NCBI GenBank assembly: GCA_963817385.1
Contig: CAWFOM010000015.1
Location: 13,685-77,684, forward strand
Direction of reading: 5' to 3'
Source of the DNA: an uncultured delta proteobacterium
Lineage (GTDB): Bacteria > Desulfobacterota > Syntrophia > Syntrophales > UBA5619
Length of the DNA: 64,000 nt
Shown: positions 8,943 through 18,206 of the stretch, in pieces
Layout: each line of letters starts with the position of its first letter
How positions within the stretch are numbered: position 1 is the stretch's first letter
Notes under the pieces: generated by a model
Database searches by the model: none
What the model saw: only the letters and a program-made list of their open reading frames with translations
Told to the model about the DNA's origin: nothing
Made by a program: the position numbers and the translations under genes

Positions 8943-10091
8943 TTACTTACTCACCTTCCTCCTCATTCCAGCTAAACCAACGAGGCCAAGACCGAGGAGT
9001 AGCATTGTGGTGGGTTCGGGGACAGCTGAGGACTGGATCACGCCGAAGAGACCATTCGTCTCGTCATCGGGGCCAGCGGAGAAGTAGAGCTTGCTGCTGC
9101 TTCCCGCATTGCCGTTGTTGCCGATCGTCAATCCCCAGAGGCCGTCAATGGTCAGCTCGCTGCCGCTGAGCCCCAGCAGTTGCCCGCTAAAAGTATTGGT
9201 AGTGAGATCGAATGCATTGATGCGTCCGTCGCCGAAATTGCCGACCAGAAGATCACCCGCGAACTGGCCAAAAGACGCCGGTGCGATTGCCAATCCCCAC
9301 GGTGAATTGAGAGCTCCCCCCGTACCTACCCGATCGAGGAAGTTGCCTTGGGCGCCGAAGGCGCTCACAAACCCGTTACCAGCCCCAGCAACGTCGTCAA
9401 GTTTGCTGGCGTCCTGCAAGGCATAGGTGACGTAAAGTGTGCCACCGAGATTTTGGATGTTGAAAGGGGCGTACCCGGCTGGAATATTGGGCTCGATGAA
9501 GTTGCCAGTGAGGTCGGGGGCGCCCGCGTTCCCCTTGAGCACGTCGATCGTGCCGGCCCGGAAATTAGCTGCGTAAAGGTAGCTGTTTCCGTTGATCGTC
9601 GCTTCCGTGACCCCCTTGTAAACATTTGCCGCGTCTCCGACCTGCAATGTTTCCGCAGTCGTCCCCAGGGCACCTCTCCAGCCTGAAATCGTGCCGTCTT
9701 CGCTCACGAAGAGGAAGGGGTCGCCATTGAAAGCAGTGGTGCTGTTGAAGACCTGACCGGTCGGGTTACCGGCGCCGGGGATGGTCACGACTAGGCCAGC
9801 GATGCTGGTCGCGTTCGTAGTGGGGTTCACGTTGTAAAGAGTGGTAACGCCGGTCCCGTTGTCGGAAACCCAGAAGGGACTGCCGGTAGTGAAGGAGATC
9901 CCCCACGCATTCACAAGATGCGTGTCGGTTATTTGAGCAGGATTGGCAGTTTGATCATTAGTAACCAGGTTGGTCTGGTCGAAAAGCGTCGCGGCCTCAA
10001 TAGGTAATGACAGAAATAGCAGCAAAACAATCGCTATCAGCCCCGAGGAGACTAATGCGCTCCAACGAGCGATTCTGTTTGATATGCCCAT
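8943..10091 (-). CDS. TIGR03118-family PEP-CTERM protein
   Basis: QTNLV, LVNAWGI, PFWVSDNGTG, GYAPFNIQN, LNSPWGLA, LLVGNFGDGRINAFD, IDGLWGL, AGPDDE..GLFG; C-terminal VPEPTTMLLLGLGLVGLAGMRRK. Confidence 0.92.
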   Translation of the reverse strand: MGISNRIARWSALVSSGLIAIVLLLFLSLPIEAATLFDQTNLVTNDQTANPAQITDTHLVNAWGISFTTGSPFWVSDNGTGVTTLYNVNPTTNATSIAGLVVTIPGAGNPTGQVFNSTTAFNGDPFLFVSEDGTISGWRGALGTTAETLQVGDAANVYKGVTEATINGNSYLYAANFRAGTIDVLKGNAGAPDLTGNFIEPNIPAGYAPFNIQNLGGTLYVTYALQDASKLDDVAGAGNGFVSAFGAQGNFLDRVGTGGALNSPWGLAIAPASFGQFAGDLLVGNFGDGRINAFDLTTNTFSGQLLGLSGSELTIDGLWGLTIGNNGNAGSSSKLYFSAGPDDETNGLFGVIQSSAVPEPTTMLLLGLGLVGLAGMRRKVSK

Positions 10092-10302
10092 TTCTTTTGC
10101 CTCCTTTCCAATCCAAAAACCTCGATGTTTTATCCGCCGGCTATCCGTTTTTCCAAGAACGCCTGCCGCCGCTTTCCGCTGAGAGCGGGTGCCAAATTAT
10201 TCGATCCTTTCTTCAATTGCTGCATCTAATTCACTTGCTGTAAAATCAGCACCTTCTATTCCTGCAAGTATTAGCAGTCTCTCGTTCCACTGTTACAAAT
10301 TG

Positions 10303-10318
10303 AGCATAAACGATGCCA
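10303..10318 (-). promoter_or_regulatory. Sigma-54 (-24/-12) promoter candidate
   Basis: TGGCATCGTTTATGCT with canonical GG-N10-GC spacing, upstream of the TIGR03118-like gene. Confidence 0.65.
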
Positions 10319-10384
10319 TTTGGCATAACTATGCAATTATCAATGGCTCATTCAAAATCAACCCCTGCCATACTGTTTCCTATT

Positions 10385-10494
10385 TGTAAAAGTATCCGAC
10401 ACCGGCAATGGTTCCCATTTAACTTATTACTTCATAACCGATTTAGTTTACTGATGATTGCTCTACAGGAAGAGGGGTGTAAAGATATCCGTCA
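10385..10494 (-). promoter_or_regulatory. Pair of enhancer-like motifs (TGT-N11-ACA type, containing TTTACA on the minus strand)
   Basis: TGTAAAAGTATCCGACA at 10385-10401 and TGTAAAGATATCCGTCA at 10478-10494, upstream of the sigma-54 site. Confidence 0.55.
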
Positions 10495-10856
10495 GAATAC
10501 GATTTTTTTACAAAATCAGGTCAAGATTCTTTTCTAAATGCATAATTTAATTATGATAGATAATTGATAGATAATTGGTCACAATAAACTCCCATTTTGT
10601 TCATTTTTTTTGGTATCATAGGGCGGATCTTGGTTAGAATTGCCGCATACTTTGTTACAGTCAATAGCAGAGTGTCTGCTCAAGGGCGGTAGGGTCCCTG
10701 ACCGGAAGATGGTACTTTACTATACCTTGCGGAGAGCATTCAGATCGTAGGGATTTGACTAATCTATTACGATCCCCCACATGAGCGCCGTTCGCTGCAT
10801 GCCGCTTATAGGCCGCATTCTGTTCCCTTGTGTTCTTCAGAACGGAGAGCGGGTAT

Positions 10857-11303
10857 TCACTGCATGTATGCGTCGATGTGTATCTTGCCAGTAGCGAAAT
10901 TCACGGTACCAGAGCCCCAGATCTGTCGCGTATTGACCCACGCGTAATCCTTAGCTACCGTGCTAAGAATAATGTTCTCGGAAAGGTCGGCGACCGGCTC
11001 CGCGGCACGCGGCACACCCACCCCGTCGGCAGACAACGCGATTCGGTAACCGTTGTCCGTCTCAAGGATCGCTCGAATATCAAGGTCGATGCGGCCGTCG
11101 GCGCGCATTCGCAGATAGTCGATGCCCCGCACTCGGCCTGCCAGCCGGCCTACAGCGCGGCCCTCAAACGCGACGTCGATGCGAACCCCCTGCGGAGGTA
11201 GTTTCTCTTTGCCCGATAGGATCGCATCCAGGCTCACTCCGTAGTCCGTTATTCCCGAGACATCAAGATCATACTCGTAGATCTTCTCACCCTTCTCTTT
11301 CAT
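10857..11303 (-). CDS. DUF3237-like protein
   Basis: GIDYLRMRADGRIDLDIRAILETDNG, YAWVNTRQIWGSG; AGGAGA RBS. Confidence 0.7.
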   Translation of the reverse strand: MKEKGEKIYEYDLDVSGITDYGVSLDAILSGKEKLPPQGVRIDVAFEGRAVGRLAGRVRGIDYLRMRADGRIDLDIRAILETDNGYRIALSADGVGVPRAAEPVADLSENIILSTVAKDYAWVNTRQIWGSGTVNFATGKIHIDAYMQ

Positions 11304-11381
11304 GATGTAGTTCTCCTTTCAGGCTGACGGAGCCACCTCTCTCGGCCCTATGGTTGAAGGTAGACTGAAAAAGAAATCGAC

Positions 11382-11756
11382 TCATTTTTTTGTCGCCCAC
11401 TCGTATGCGATAATAATTGACGCGACGATAAGTGTCACATGGAAGCCGTACTCGATCTTGAGGAGGCCGACGGGTTCGAGTGCGTTGTGTATGTGCAGGT
11501 TGTCGTGTGGCCACCACGAGACGAGCAGCCAGGAGATCGCCCAAAAACTCGCGCTGGCGGGCTGCCACTCGAAGACGATGAACCCGATGCCAAGCCCGAA
11601 GATCAGCGCCTCGATGACCGATAGCGCAATGAAGAATGGCAACTGCGCTGCTGTCGGCACGATTTCATTGGAAGGCGGCCACAGGATCGGTCCGAGAATG
11701 AACGCGGGAACCGCCAATGCTATCGTTACGAGGAGATATTTCACCCAAGGTTTCAT
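11382..11756 (-). CDS. Hypothetical 4-TM membrane protein
   Basis: AAAGGAGG RBS before MKPWVK; four hydrophobic segments; WWPHDNLHIHN motif. Confidence 0.75.
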   Translation of the reverse strand: MKPWVKYLLVTIALAVPAFILGPILWPPSNEIVPTAAQLPFFIALSVIEALIFGLGIGFIVFEWQPASASFWAISWLLVSWWPHDNLHIHNALEPVGLLKIEYGFHVTLIVASIIIAYEWATKK

Positions 11757-11978
11757 ATAGGTGCCTCCTTTGATAAGACATTGTCTTCTGATGGGCAAAC
11801 AATAGGAACATAATCAGGCCAGCGGCTTGCCGCGTGTAAGTATCGATAATACGCAGAAAGCTGGTTGGCAAACACATCCTAAATACTCTCACCTTCGAGG
11901 CTGCCCTTGTGGATGTGTGAACAGTCGCCTGCTTGCCGCGAGGTCGCCCCCCGTTCTTATTTCTCACCGTTCGGAAAA

Positions 11979-12395
11979 TCATTGAACTAAGGTCTGGACC
12001 TCAGCGCCTTTCGGTAATAGCATACTAATGGCAACGCGCGCAGAAGCGCCCTTATTAACAACCTCGTGCTCTGCACCCGGGTTTTCCGTCCAACTCTCAC
12101 CGGCTTTCTTTACCGTCTCGGCATTCTTCTCTATCAGGGTTATCTCGCCGCTCAACACTGTTACCAGTACGTGGCCGCTGTGAAAATGCTTCGGCACGCC
12201 CGCGCCGGAAGGAAACTCCAGTATTATGGTAAGAAGTTCATATTGACCACCTTGCACGGTGATAGGAAATTTGGCCTGATATACCACGGTCGGGATGGGC
12301 AGCGTGGCATCGCTCGATTTCGTTTGAGCCTCCACGGCGGAAACAAAGAGAAGGGCCATAAGGATTAAAAACGGAAATAATTTTTTGGTTTTCAT
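11979..12395 (-). CDS. Exported cupin domain protein
   Basis: Signal peptide (VEA/Q); PKHFHSG...VLSGE...AGESWTENPGAEH; GGAGG RBS. Confidence 0.85.
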   Translation of the reverse strand: MKTKKLFPFLILMALLFVSAVEAQTKSSDATLPIPTVVYQAKFPITVQGGQYELLTIILEFPSGAGVPKHFHSGHVLVTVLSGEITLIEKNAETVKKAGESWTENPGAEHEVVNKGASARVAISMLLPKGAEVQTLVQ

Positions 12396-12672
12396 TGCAC
12401 ACCTCCGATTCATTTACGAAAATTGTGATCTTCATATCCAAGGAAGGCAATGAGAATTATATATGGGGATTTTGATAGCTATAATCTGTCAAAAGCTATG
12501 GAACATGAAAAACAACCTTGGTATATCTTCTTACTATCTTCATTCAATAACGATTATAGTTTGAAAGGATGCATCCCTGTCAGCATTTGGGTGCGCTTGA
12601 CTTCAGGAAGTACATAAGAACCCAATAAGGGCAGACGTCGATCAAATTTATGCTCTTCTTCCCCCGCGGTTC

Positions 12673-13851
12673 TTACTTCAGCTCCTTCAGCAGATCCGCC
12701 AGGCTGGTTCCATCCGGTTCGATCACAATCCGGTCCGCGTCGGCCGGCGAGCGGGGTGGCGGTGCTTTTGTGGTTACCCGCGAAGCGAGTCGTCTTGGAG
12801 GCAGGGCGGCTGCCTCTGCATCCTCATTCTCCGCATCAGCCGAATCCGTCGTGGCATGCGGGCGGAACCACTGCCGCTGTTTCTCCATCCAACTGCGATA
12901 CCGCTCCCATGTCCACATCCCCTGATCCGCCCCCATTTCCATGACCGAGAGGATTTTGTAAAACTCGCGGTTGCGGATGTGGGCTTTCACCGGGATCGTC
13001 GTGGTCAGGATTTCGCACTCCGGTACGCGCATGTTGAGGTCGGCGCGGTAGTGCAATCGTTGCGCCACGGCGGCCAGCAGGCAATCGGCCAATTGCGCTG
13101 CCATCGAGCTTTGGATTTCTGCCGGGAACGCGCTCACGATCCGTTGCAGGGCCTCCACACAAGTGGCCGAGTGCACGGTCGCCAGCACCAGATGTCCCGT
13201 CTCCGCCGCGTTCAACGTCAGCCGCATCGTCTCCGGATCGCGCATCTCCCCGATCATCAGCACATCCGGGTCTTCGCGGAGGGCGTCTAACAGCGCCTGC
13301 TCGAAGCTTGGCGTGTCGCGGCCCACCTCACGCTGACGGATAAACGCCCGGCGCGGCCGGAAGAAGTACTCGATCGGGCTTTCCACCGTGATGATGTGGC
13401 GCGGTTCGGACAGGTTGATCTCCTGGATCAGGGCGGCGAGGGTGGATGATTTTCCGCAGCCGGTCGGCCCGCTCACCAGGATCAAGCCATTGGGATGGGC
13501 CACCAGTTTCTTCAGGTCGGGATGCAGATTCAGTTTCTCGACCGTGGCCTGGAATGATGCCAGCAGTCGGATAGCAAAGCCGACACCGCGGGCGGTCCTC
13601 AGCACGTTGATCCGGCAACGCGTCCCGCGAATCGTTCGGGACAGGTCCGCCGACCCCTGCTCCACGAATCGTCTCCATAGTTCCTCACCTAGGAGAGTCC
13701 GCGCCCCCTCGTTCAACTCGCGGGCGAGAACAGGTTCGCCGGTGGACTGAACGACTCCACGCACACGCAGCGCCACCGGCAACCCAGGTTCCAGATGAAG
13801 GTCACTCGCTCCATGTTCCTTCGCCAATGCAATAAAGGATTCAAGGTTCAT
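12673..13851 (-). CDS. PilT/PilU-family type IV pilus ATPase
   Basis: ASDLHL, Walker A GPTGCGKSST, QREVG.DT.SF, LREDPDVLMIGEMRD, His box GHLVLATVH. Confidence 0.9.
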   Translation of the reverse strand: MNLESFIALAKEHGASDLHLEPGLPVALRVRGVVQSTGEPVLARELNEGARTLLGEELWRRFVEQGSADLSRTIRGTRCRINVLRTARGVGFAIRLLASFQATVEKLNLHPDLKKLVAHPNGLILVSGPTGCGKSSTLAALIQEINLSEPRHIITVESPIEYFFRPRRAFIRQREVGRDTPSFEQALLDALREDPDVLMIGEMRDPETMRLTLNAAETGHLVLATVHSATCVEALQRIVSAFPAEIQSSMAAQLADCLLAAVAQRLHYRADLNMRVPECEILTTTIPVKAHIRNREFYKILSVMEMGADQGMWTWERYRSWMEKQRQWFRPHATTDSADAENEDAEAAALPPRRLASRVTTKAPPPRSPADADRIVIEPDGTSLADLLKELK

Positions 13852-13999
13852 AGTACCAAATTCCTTCGGCAATGCCGCATTTCAACCATTACCAACTTAA
13901 ATGTAGCATGAAATGCGAAAATAGAAAAACAAGACCTACAGGAAGCAGCCCATACTCAAAGGCACCCGCCTATTCAATACAATTTTATGGTGCTGTCGC

Positions 14000-14827
14000 T
14001 CACTTCCAGGTAATCTTGGGTGCTTTGCGCTCTGGCAGGCGAAAATACTTTGGTTTCGGATACCCCAACATCATCGGATAATGATGGGGATGGTTTTCCG
14101 GGATCGCTATTTCTTTTTTCATCTGTGGCCATGACAGCATCGCTCCCTGAACAAACCCCGCCCAGCAGGTCCCCAGACCCTTTGAGGCAGCCGCCAGTTC
14201 CAAGTAGGATAGAGCCAAGGTCACGTCCACCAAGCCATTGGGATCCTCTTTGGGCGCGGACGCAACCACCATGGCCGGGGCATTCCGTAACACGATGTCA
14301 TAACCGGCATCCCAGACCGCCACGATCATAGGCAAGTAGGGGGCATATGCGGGTTGCGGATCTTTCTTGAGCACGGACCGCATGCAGTCCACCGTCAGTC
14401 GTGACAGTTCCTTCATTTTGGCCTTATCCGTAATAACGGTCCATTCAACCATTTGAGAGTTGCCTCCGGTGGGTGCATACCGGGCGATCTCGATCAATTT
14501 CTTGATGGTTTCTTTTTCCACAGGCCGGTCTTTGATAAAAGCACGAATGGAGCGGCGAGAACGGAGAAACTGGACAGCCTGCTCCTCGCTGATTAACAAC
14601 TCCTCACGGATCGGTTGACAACTTTCCAGTGGAACCAGGGTATGACTGAGCGCCCCGTGAGGACAGACGGCCACGCAATGCCCGCACTGGGTACAGACCT
14701 GTTCCCCTCCCGTCATCGGTTCGGGGTAGCTCTCCTTATCCTTAAGACGGATGATGGCCATAGGGCATTCTTTGGCGCAGATCCCGTCTTTTTTACATTT
14801 GCCTTCGTCCACAATTAACAGTCCCAT
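14000..14827 (-). CDS. Nitroreductase with N-terminal 4Fe-4S ferredoxin domain
   Basis: CKKDGICAKECP, CTQCGHCVAVCP, RSRRSIR, APTGGNSQ, GLGTCWAG. Confidence 0.92.
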   Translation of the reverse strand: MGLLIVDEGKCKKDGICAKECPMAIIRLKDKESYPEPMTGGEQVCTQCGHCVAVCPHGALSHTLVPLESCQPIREELLISEEQAVQFLRSRRSIRAFIKDRPVEKETIKKLIEIARYAPTGGNSQMVEWTVITDKAKMKELSRLTVDCMRSVLKKDPQPAYAPYLPMIVAVWDAGYDIVLRNAPAMVVASAPKEDPNGLVDVTLALSYLELAAASKGLGTCWAGFVQGAMLSWPQMKKEIAIPENHPHHYPMMLGYPKPKYFRLPERKAPKITWK

Positions 14828-14868
14828 CTTTTTTTACCTTCCTTTCGACACAGGCTCTTTTCAAGCGG

Positions 14869-15780
14869 TTATGCCTGTCGATGTGCGGTGCGGAGGTTTT
14901 CTTTTTTTGTATGCGCCGATATGGCCTCGACAATTCGTGGCCATGCTCCGCCATGAGGCAGGTCATGCCCCATGCCTTCAATGATCATCAGTTCGGCGCC
15001 CGGTATCGCTTCGGCCGTATCCTTGCCGCACTCCAGCGGGATGAGCGGGTCGTCCGCCCCATGGATTACCAGAGTAGGCGCCGTCACCGAAGCAAGCGCA
15101 GTTTTTCGATTGCCGGATGTCATGATGGCTGCGATCTTGCGGGTCATCCCCGGTGGGTAGAAAGCTCGATCATATGCTCGCGTCATCAGTGTCCGAGTCC
15201 AATCTTCGTCGAAGGGAAAACCTGGGCCGGCTATAGTTCGGATAAATTTCATCGAGTGTTCTATGGCCGCCTCGCGCTCCTGAGGCGAAGGGCTCATGAG
15301 CGCCGTGAGCGCCTCTGGCTTCCCCCGCGGTAACGCGGGATTTCCCGTGCTCCCATAAATGGAAATCAGGCTGGCAACCCGCGAGGGGTGCCTGACTGCA
15401 ATAATTTGAGCAATCATTGCCCCCATAGACACGCCGCAAACATGAGCCCGTCCAATATCCAAGGCATCAAGAAGTCCTACGGAATCATCCGCCATATCAT
15501 TCAACGTATAGGGGACCTTGATCTCTTCACCGCGCATCACGGCTTCCATTACTGCCATGAGGTCCGGAATACCTGCTTGTTCGAATTTCGTGGATAGACC
15601 CGTGTCACGGTTGTCAAACCGGATCACGTAATGACCTCTTTCAGCAAGCTTTGTGCAGAACTCCTCCGGCCAGGTGATCATCTGGGATGCGACGCCGTTG
15701 ATCAGGAGCAGGGGAAGGTCGACAGGTTTCCCAAAAGTATCATATTCGATCTGAATACCATTAGCATTTGCCCGTGACAT
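14869..15780 (-). CDS. Alpha/beta hydrolase
   Basis: RFDNRDTGLS, GVSMG nucleophile elbow, HGADDPLI, GMGHDL. Confidence 0.92.
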   Translation of the reverse strand: MSRANANGIQIEYDTFGKPVDLPLLLINGVASQMITWPEEFCTKLAERGHYVIRFDNRDTGLSTKFEQAGIPDLMAVMEAVMRGEEIKVPYTLNDMADDSVGLLDALDIGRAHVCGVSMGAMIAQIIAVRHPSRVASLISIYGSTGNPALPRGKPEALTALMSPSPQEREAAIEHSMKFIRTIAGPGFPFDEDWTRTLMTRAYDRAFYPPGMTRKIAAIMTSGNRKTALASVTAPTLVIHGADDPLIPLECGKDTAEAIPGAELMIIEGMGHDLPHGGAWPRIVEAISAHTKKENLRTAHRQA

Positions 15781-15879
15781 GATCTTCACCCCGATAAACG
15801 CCCGGAATTAGCGAAAGGGAACCCTGCCGGTCCTGTGTGCGGCCGGCAAGCAAGGCTCCCGTTCAAATAATAAATGCCT

Positions 15880-17091
15880 TTATTTTTTCCAGGCGGCTAT
15901 TTCATTAGACGTCCAGTCCTGCAACAGGATGGATTTTCCCCCCGGACCACATTTGTGAATCTGTATCGAATCGGTGCCTTGGTGGCGGTTTTTATTCCAG
16001 GTTATCTTGCCGCCCATGCCTTTCCAGTCTTTAAAGGTGTTCAGCTTTTCAATGCAGGCCTCTGTGCTTAACTTAGGTCCCACGAGTTTGAGGGCCTCAA
16101 CCAGCGGTTCTGCGAACTGTAAGCCGGCCATATAAAAAACCCCCCATCTCTCCTCCGGGGCCAATCTTTGCGCGGCTTTTTGGTATTTGCTAACCAGCGG
16201 ATCATTGGAGTCCGGAGGGGGAACAAATGCACCGGTGATCACCCCTTCCCAGAGACCGCCGGTTATTTTGTTCATAAGAGGATAATCGGAAAGCCCGCTG
16301 GAGGAAATCCATTGCGGTTTGAACCCGACGTTCGCACTTGTCTTTACGGCAATGACCCCAAGCGTTGGGCTGACCCACATAAGGACAGTCTCTACGCCGG
16401 AGCTCTTAAGCCTGAGTATCTCGGAGGCGAGATCTTTCGCGGTCGGTTCCAATGGAATCGCCTCGGTCAGTTTCATATTGTAGGTGGCAAGTCTCTGCTG
16501 ACATCCCGCCAGGCCGCTTTTGCCGAAAGAATCATTCTGATACAGGAAAGCGATCTTCTTATGTCCCAGTTTTTCAACCGCATATTTAGTAATGACGCTC
16601 GCCTCGTCCTGAAAAAGCGGATACGAGTAATAGCGATAGGGATTGGCAACGGTTTCTATATCCCCGTTGGGATCGGAGTTGACCGCAGCGGACCCGGGGG
16701 TAACCCAGAGGATCTTGTTTTCCGCAAGGAATCCTTTGACTGCGTTTCCTCCCGCGCTCGAAACGCCCCCGGTGAAAGAGAATATTCCCTGGCGTTCCAC
16801 CAATTCTTTCACAATGGCTGCGGTCTGGGCGGGGTTGTACTGGTCGTCCCTCGAAAAATATTTGATTTTTCTTCCGTGAATGCCGCCCTCTTCGTTGACG
16901 ATCTGAAAAAGGAGACCGGCGCCCCTGGCAACCGCTCCCCACGGCGCCGCCGGACCTGTTTGAGGGCCGAATTGCGCTATCCGGATCTCCTTGTCGTCAA
17001 AACCGGGATTTTCGGATAAGACCTCCGTTGTAAACAAAAAAATAGATAAAGCAGCAAACAACATGGTGAATAACGTTTGTTTACTTTTCAT
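15880..17091 (-). CDS. ABC transporter substrate-binding protein (branched-chain amino acid / PBP1 type), orphan
   Basis: Signal peptide; GPQTGPAA, NEEGGIHGRKI, DDQYNPAQT, LYQNDSFG. Confidence 0.88.
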   Translation of the reverse strand: MKSKQTLFTMLFAALSIFLFTTEVLSENPGFDDKEIRIAQFGPQTGPAAPWGAVARGAGLLFQIVNEEGGIHGRKIKYFSRDDQYNPAQTAAIVKELVERQGIFSFTGGVSSAGGNAVKGFLAENKILWVTPGSAAVNSDPNGDIETVANPYRYYSYPLFQDEASVITKYAVEKLGHKKIAFLYQNDSFGKSGLAGCQQRLATYNMKLTEAIPLEPTAKDLASEILRLKSSGVETVLMWVSPTLGVIAVKTSANVGFKPQWISSSGLSDYPLMNKITGGLWEGVITGAFVPPPDSNDPLVSKYQKAAQRLAPEERWGVFYMAGLQFAEPLVEALKLVGPKLSTEACIEKLNTFKDWKGMGGKITWNKNRHQGTDSIQIHKCGPGGKSILLQDWTSNEIAAWKK

Positions 17092-17116
17092 AAAACCCTC
17101 CTCTGTTGAAAAAATT

Positions 17117-17395
17117 TTAACCGCCATGTTCCTGCATGAAATGTATGTATGGGATGTTGATTTCCCACCCCTCCGCGCCTCGATTGAACAGTGCGCTTGT
17201 ATCAGGGTTGTGTTGCTGAATCAGAGATCCTCCGAGAGTAAACCGGAGAAAGAAGAAGACGCCACAGGCAACGCCGCCGGCGGCAAAGGTGATCGTCACC
17301 TTGGTGTCAGCCGTTGCTTCTGATGCTGAAAGCGGCAATAAAGCAGATTGGCTTAAAAGAATCAGGACTGTCACGGTGCAGATGCGTTTTTTCAT
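17117..17395 (-). CDS. Small hypothetical exported/membrane protein
   Basis: Signal-peptide-like N-terminus plus one hydrophobic segment; colinear with neighbours. Confidence 0.55.
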   Translation of the reverse strand: MKKRICTVTVLILLSQSALLPLSASEATADTKVTITFAAGGVACGVFFFLRFTLGGSLIQQHNPDTSALFNRGAEGWEINIPYIHFMQEHGG

Positions 17396-17491
17396 ATCTA
17401 TTGTTCCACATCATTGGGGCTTCATCGTGATGCTCGATGCCGCGAGAGAATCGCTTGACAAACAAGGCCCGTAAAAAAAGCATGAAGCCGT

Positions 17492-18064
17492 TTATCCAAT
17501 GATCAGCTCAGTCAGCGAACGTTTGGGCACGTGATGGACACCCTTGGCATCTCGCCAGTATTTGATGTCTCCCTCGGGGCCGACCGGTTCGAGGACAACG
17601 GTCTCTTTGGGCTTGCCGAGCGCGATTACGAGAAGAATCTCAAAGTATTCCGGTATCGATAAGACCTGACTCAAAGCCGGCTTCCGGATATTCGCCAGGA
17701 TGCACCCGCCCAGACCTTTCTCCGTAGCGCCCAGCAGGATGCTTTGTGCCGCGATGCCCTGGTCGCACCCGAACGATTGTTTCAGTCTCAGATCTCCTAA
17801 AATGACAATGTACGCAGCCGGTCGCTCACCTTCCTCAGGGCCGGGCCAGTCTTTAAGATAGTGAGCCCAGGCGAGATGCTGGAAAATGAGCTCATTCCTG
17901 TCAGGTTCGCAGGATAAGATGAACTTGAAGGGCTGTACATTGGCACCGGTTGCAGAGAGTCTGGCAAGATCAACCAAATCTCTCAAGGTTTCCCTGTTGA
18001 CGTTGATGCTTTGGTGGAAACGTCGATAACTTCTATTCCTTAAAACGAGCTCTCGTACCTCCAT
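17492..18064 (-). CDS. Nitroreductase family protein
   Basis: RNRSYRRF, SATGANVQP, GLGGCI, VIALGKP; AGGAGGAG RBS. Confidence 0.9.
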   Translation of the reverse strand: MEVRELVLRNRSYRRFHQSINVNRETLRDLVDLARLSATGANVQPFKFILSCEPDRNELIFQHLAWAHYLKDWPGPEEGERPAAYIVILGDLRLKQSFGCDQGIAAQSILLGATEKGLGGCILANIRKPALSQVLSIPEYFEILLVIALGKPKETVVLEPVGPEGDIKYWRDAKGVHHVPKRSLTELIIG

Positions 18065-18206
18065 GGGGTTCTCCTCCTGCTATTCTTCTTGAGTCAGTCC
18101 TTTAAAACCACAATTGCATTCCATTTGGTGTGGGAGGCCGGGGGAAATAAACCCGGCTATCCGATTAGGTGGCATGGTGTCGGCCGTCAACTCTACCGTA
18201 AGGGCC

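Noticed and set aside
10321..10336. Plus-strand TGGCATAACTATGCA as a sigma-54 promoter
   Set aside because: GG-to-GC spacing is one base short and no plus-strand gene follows.
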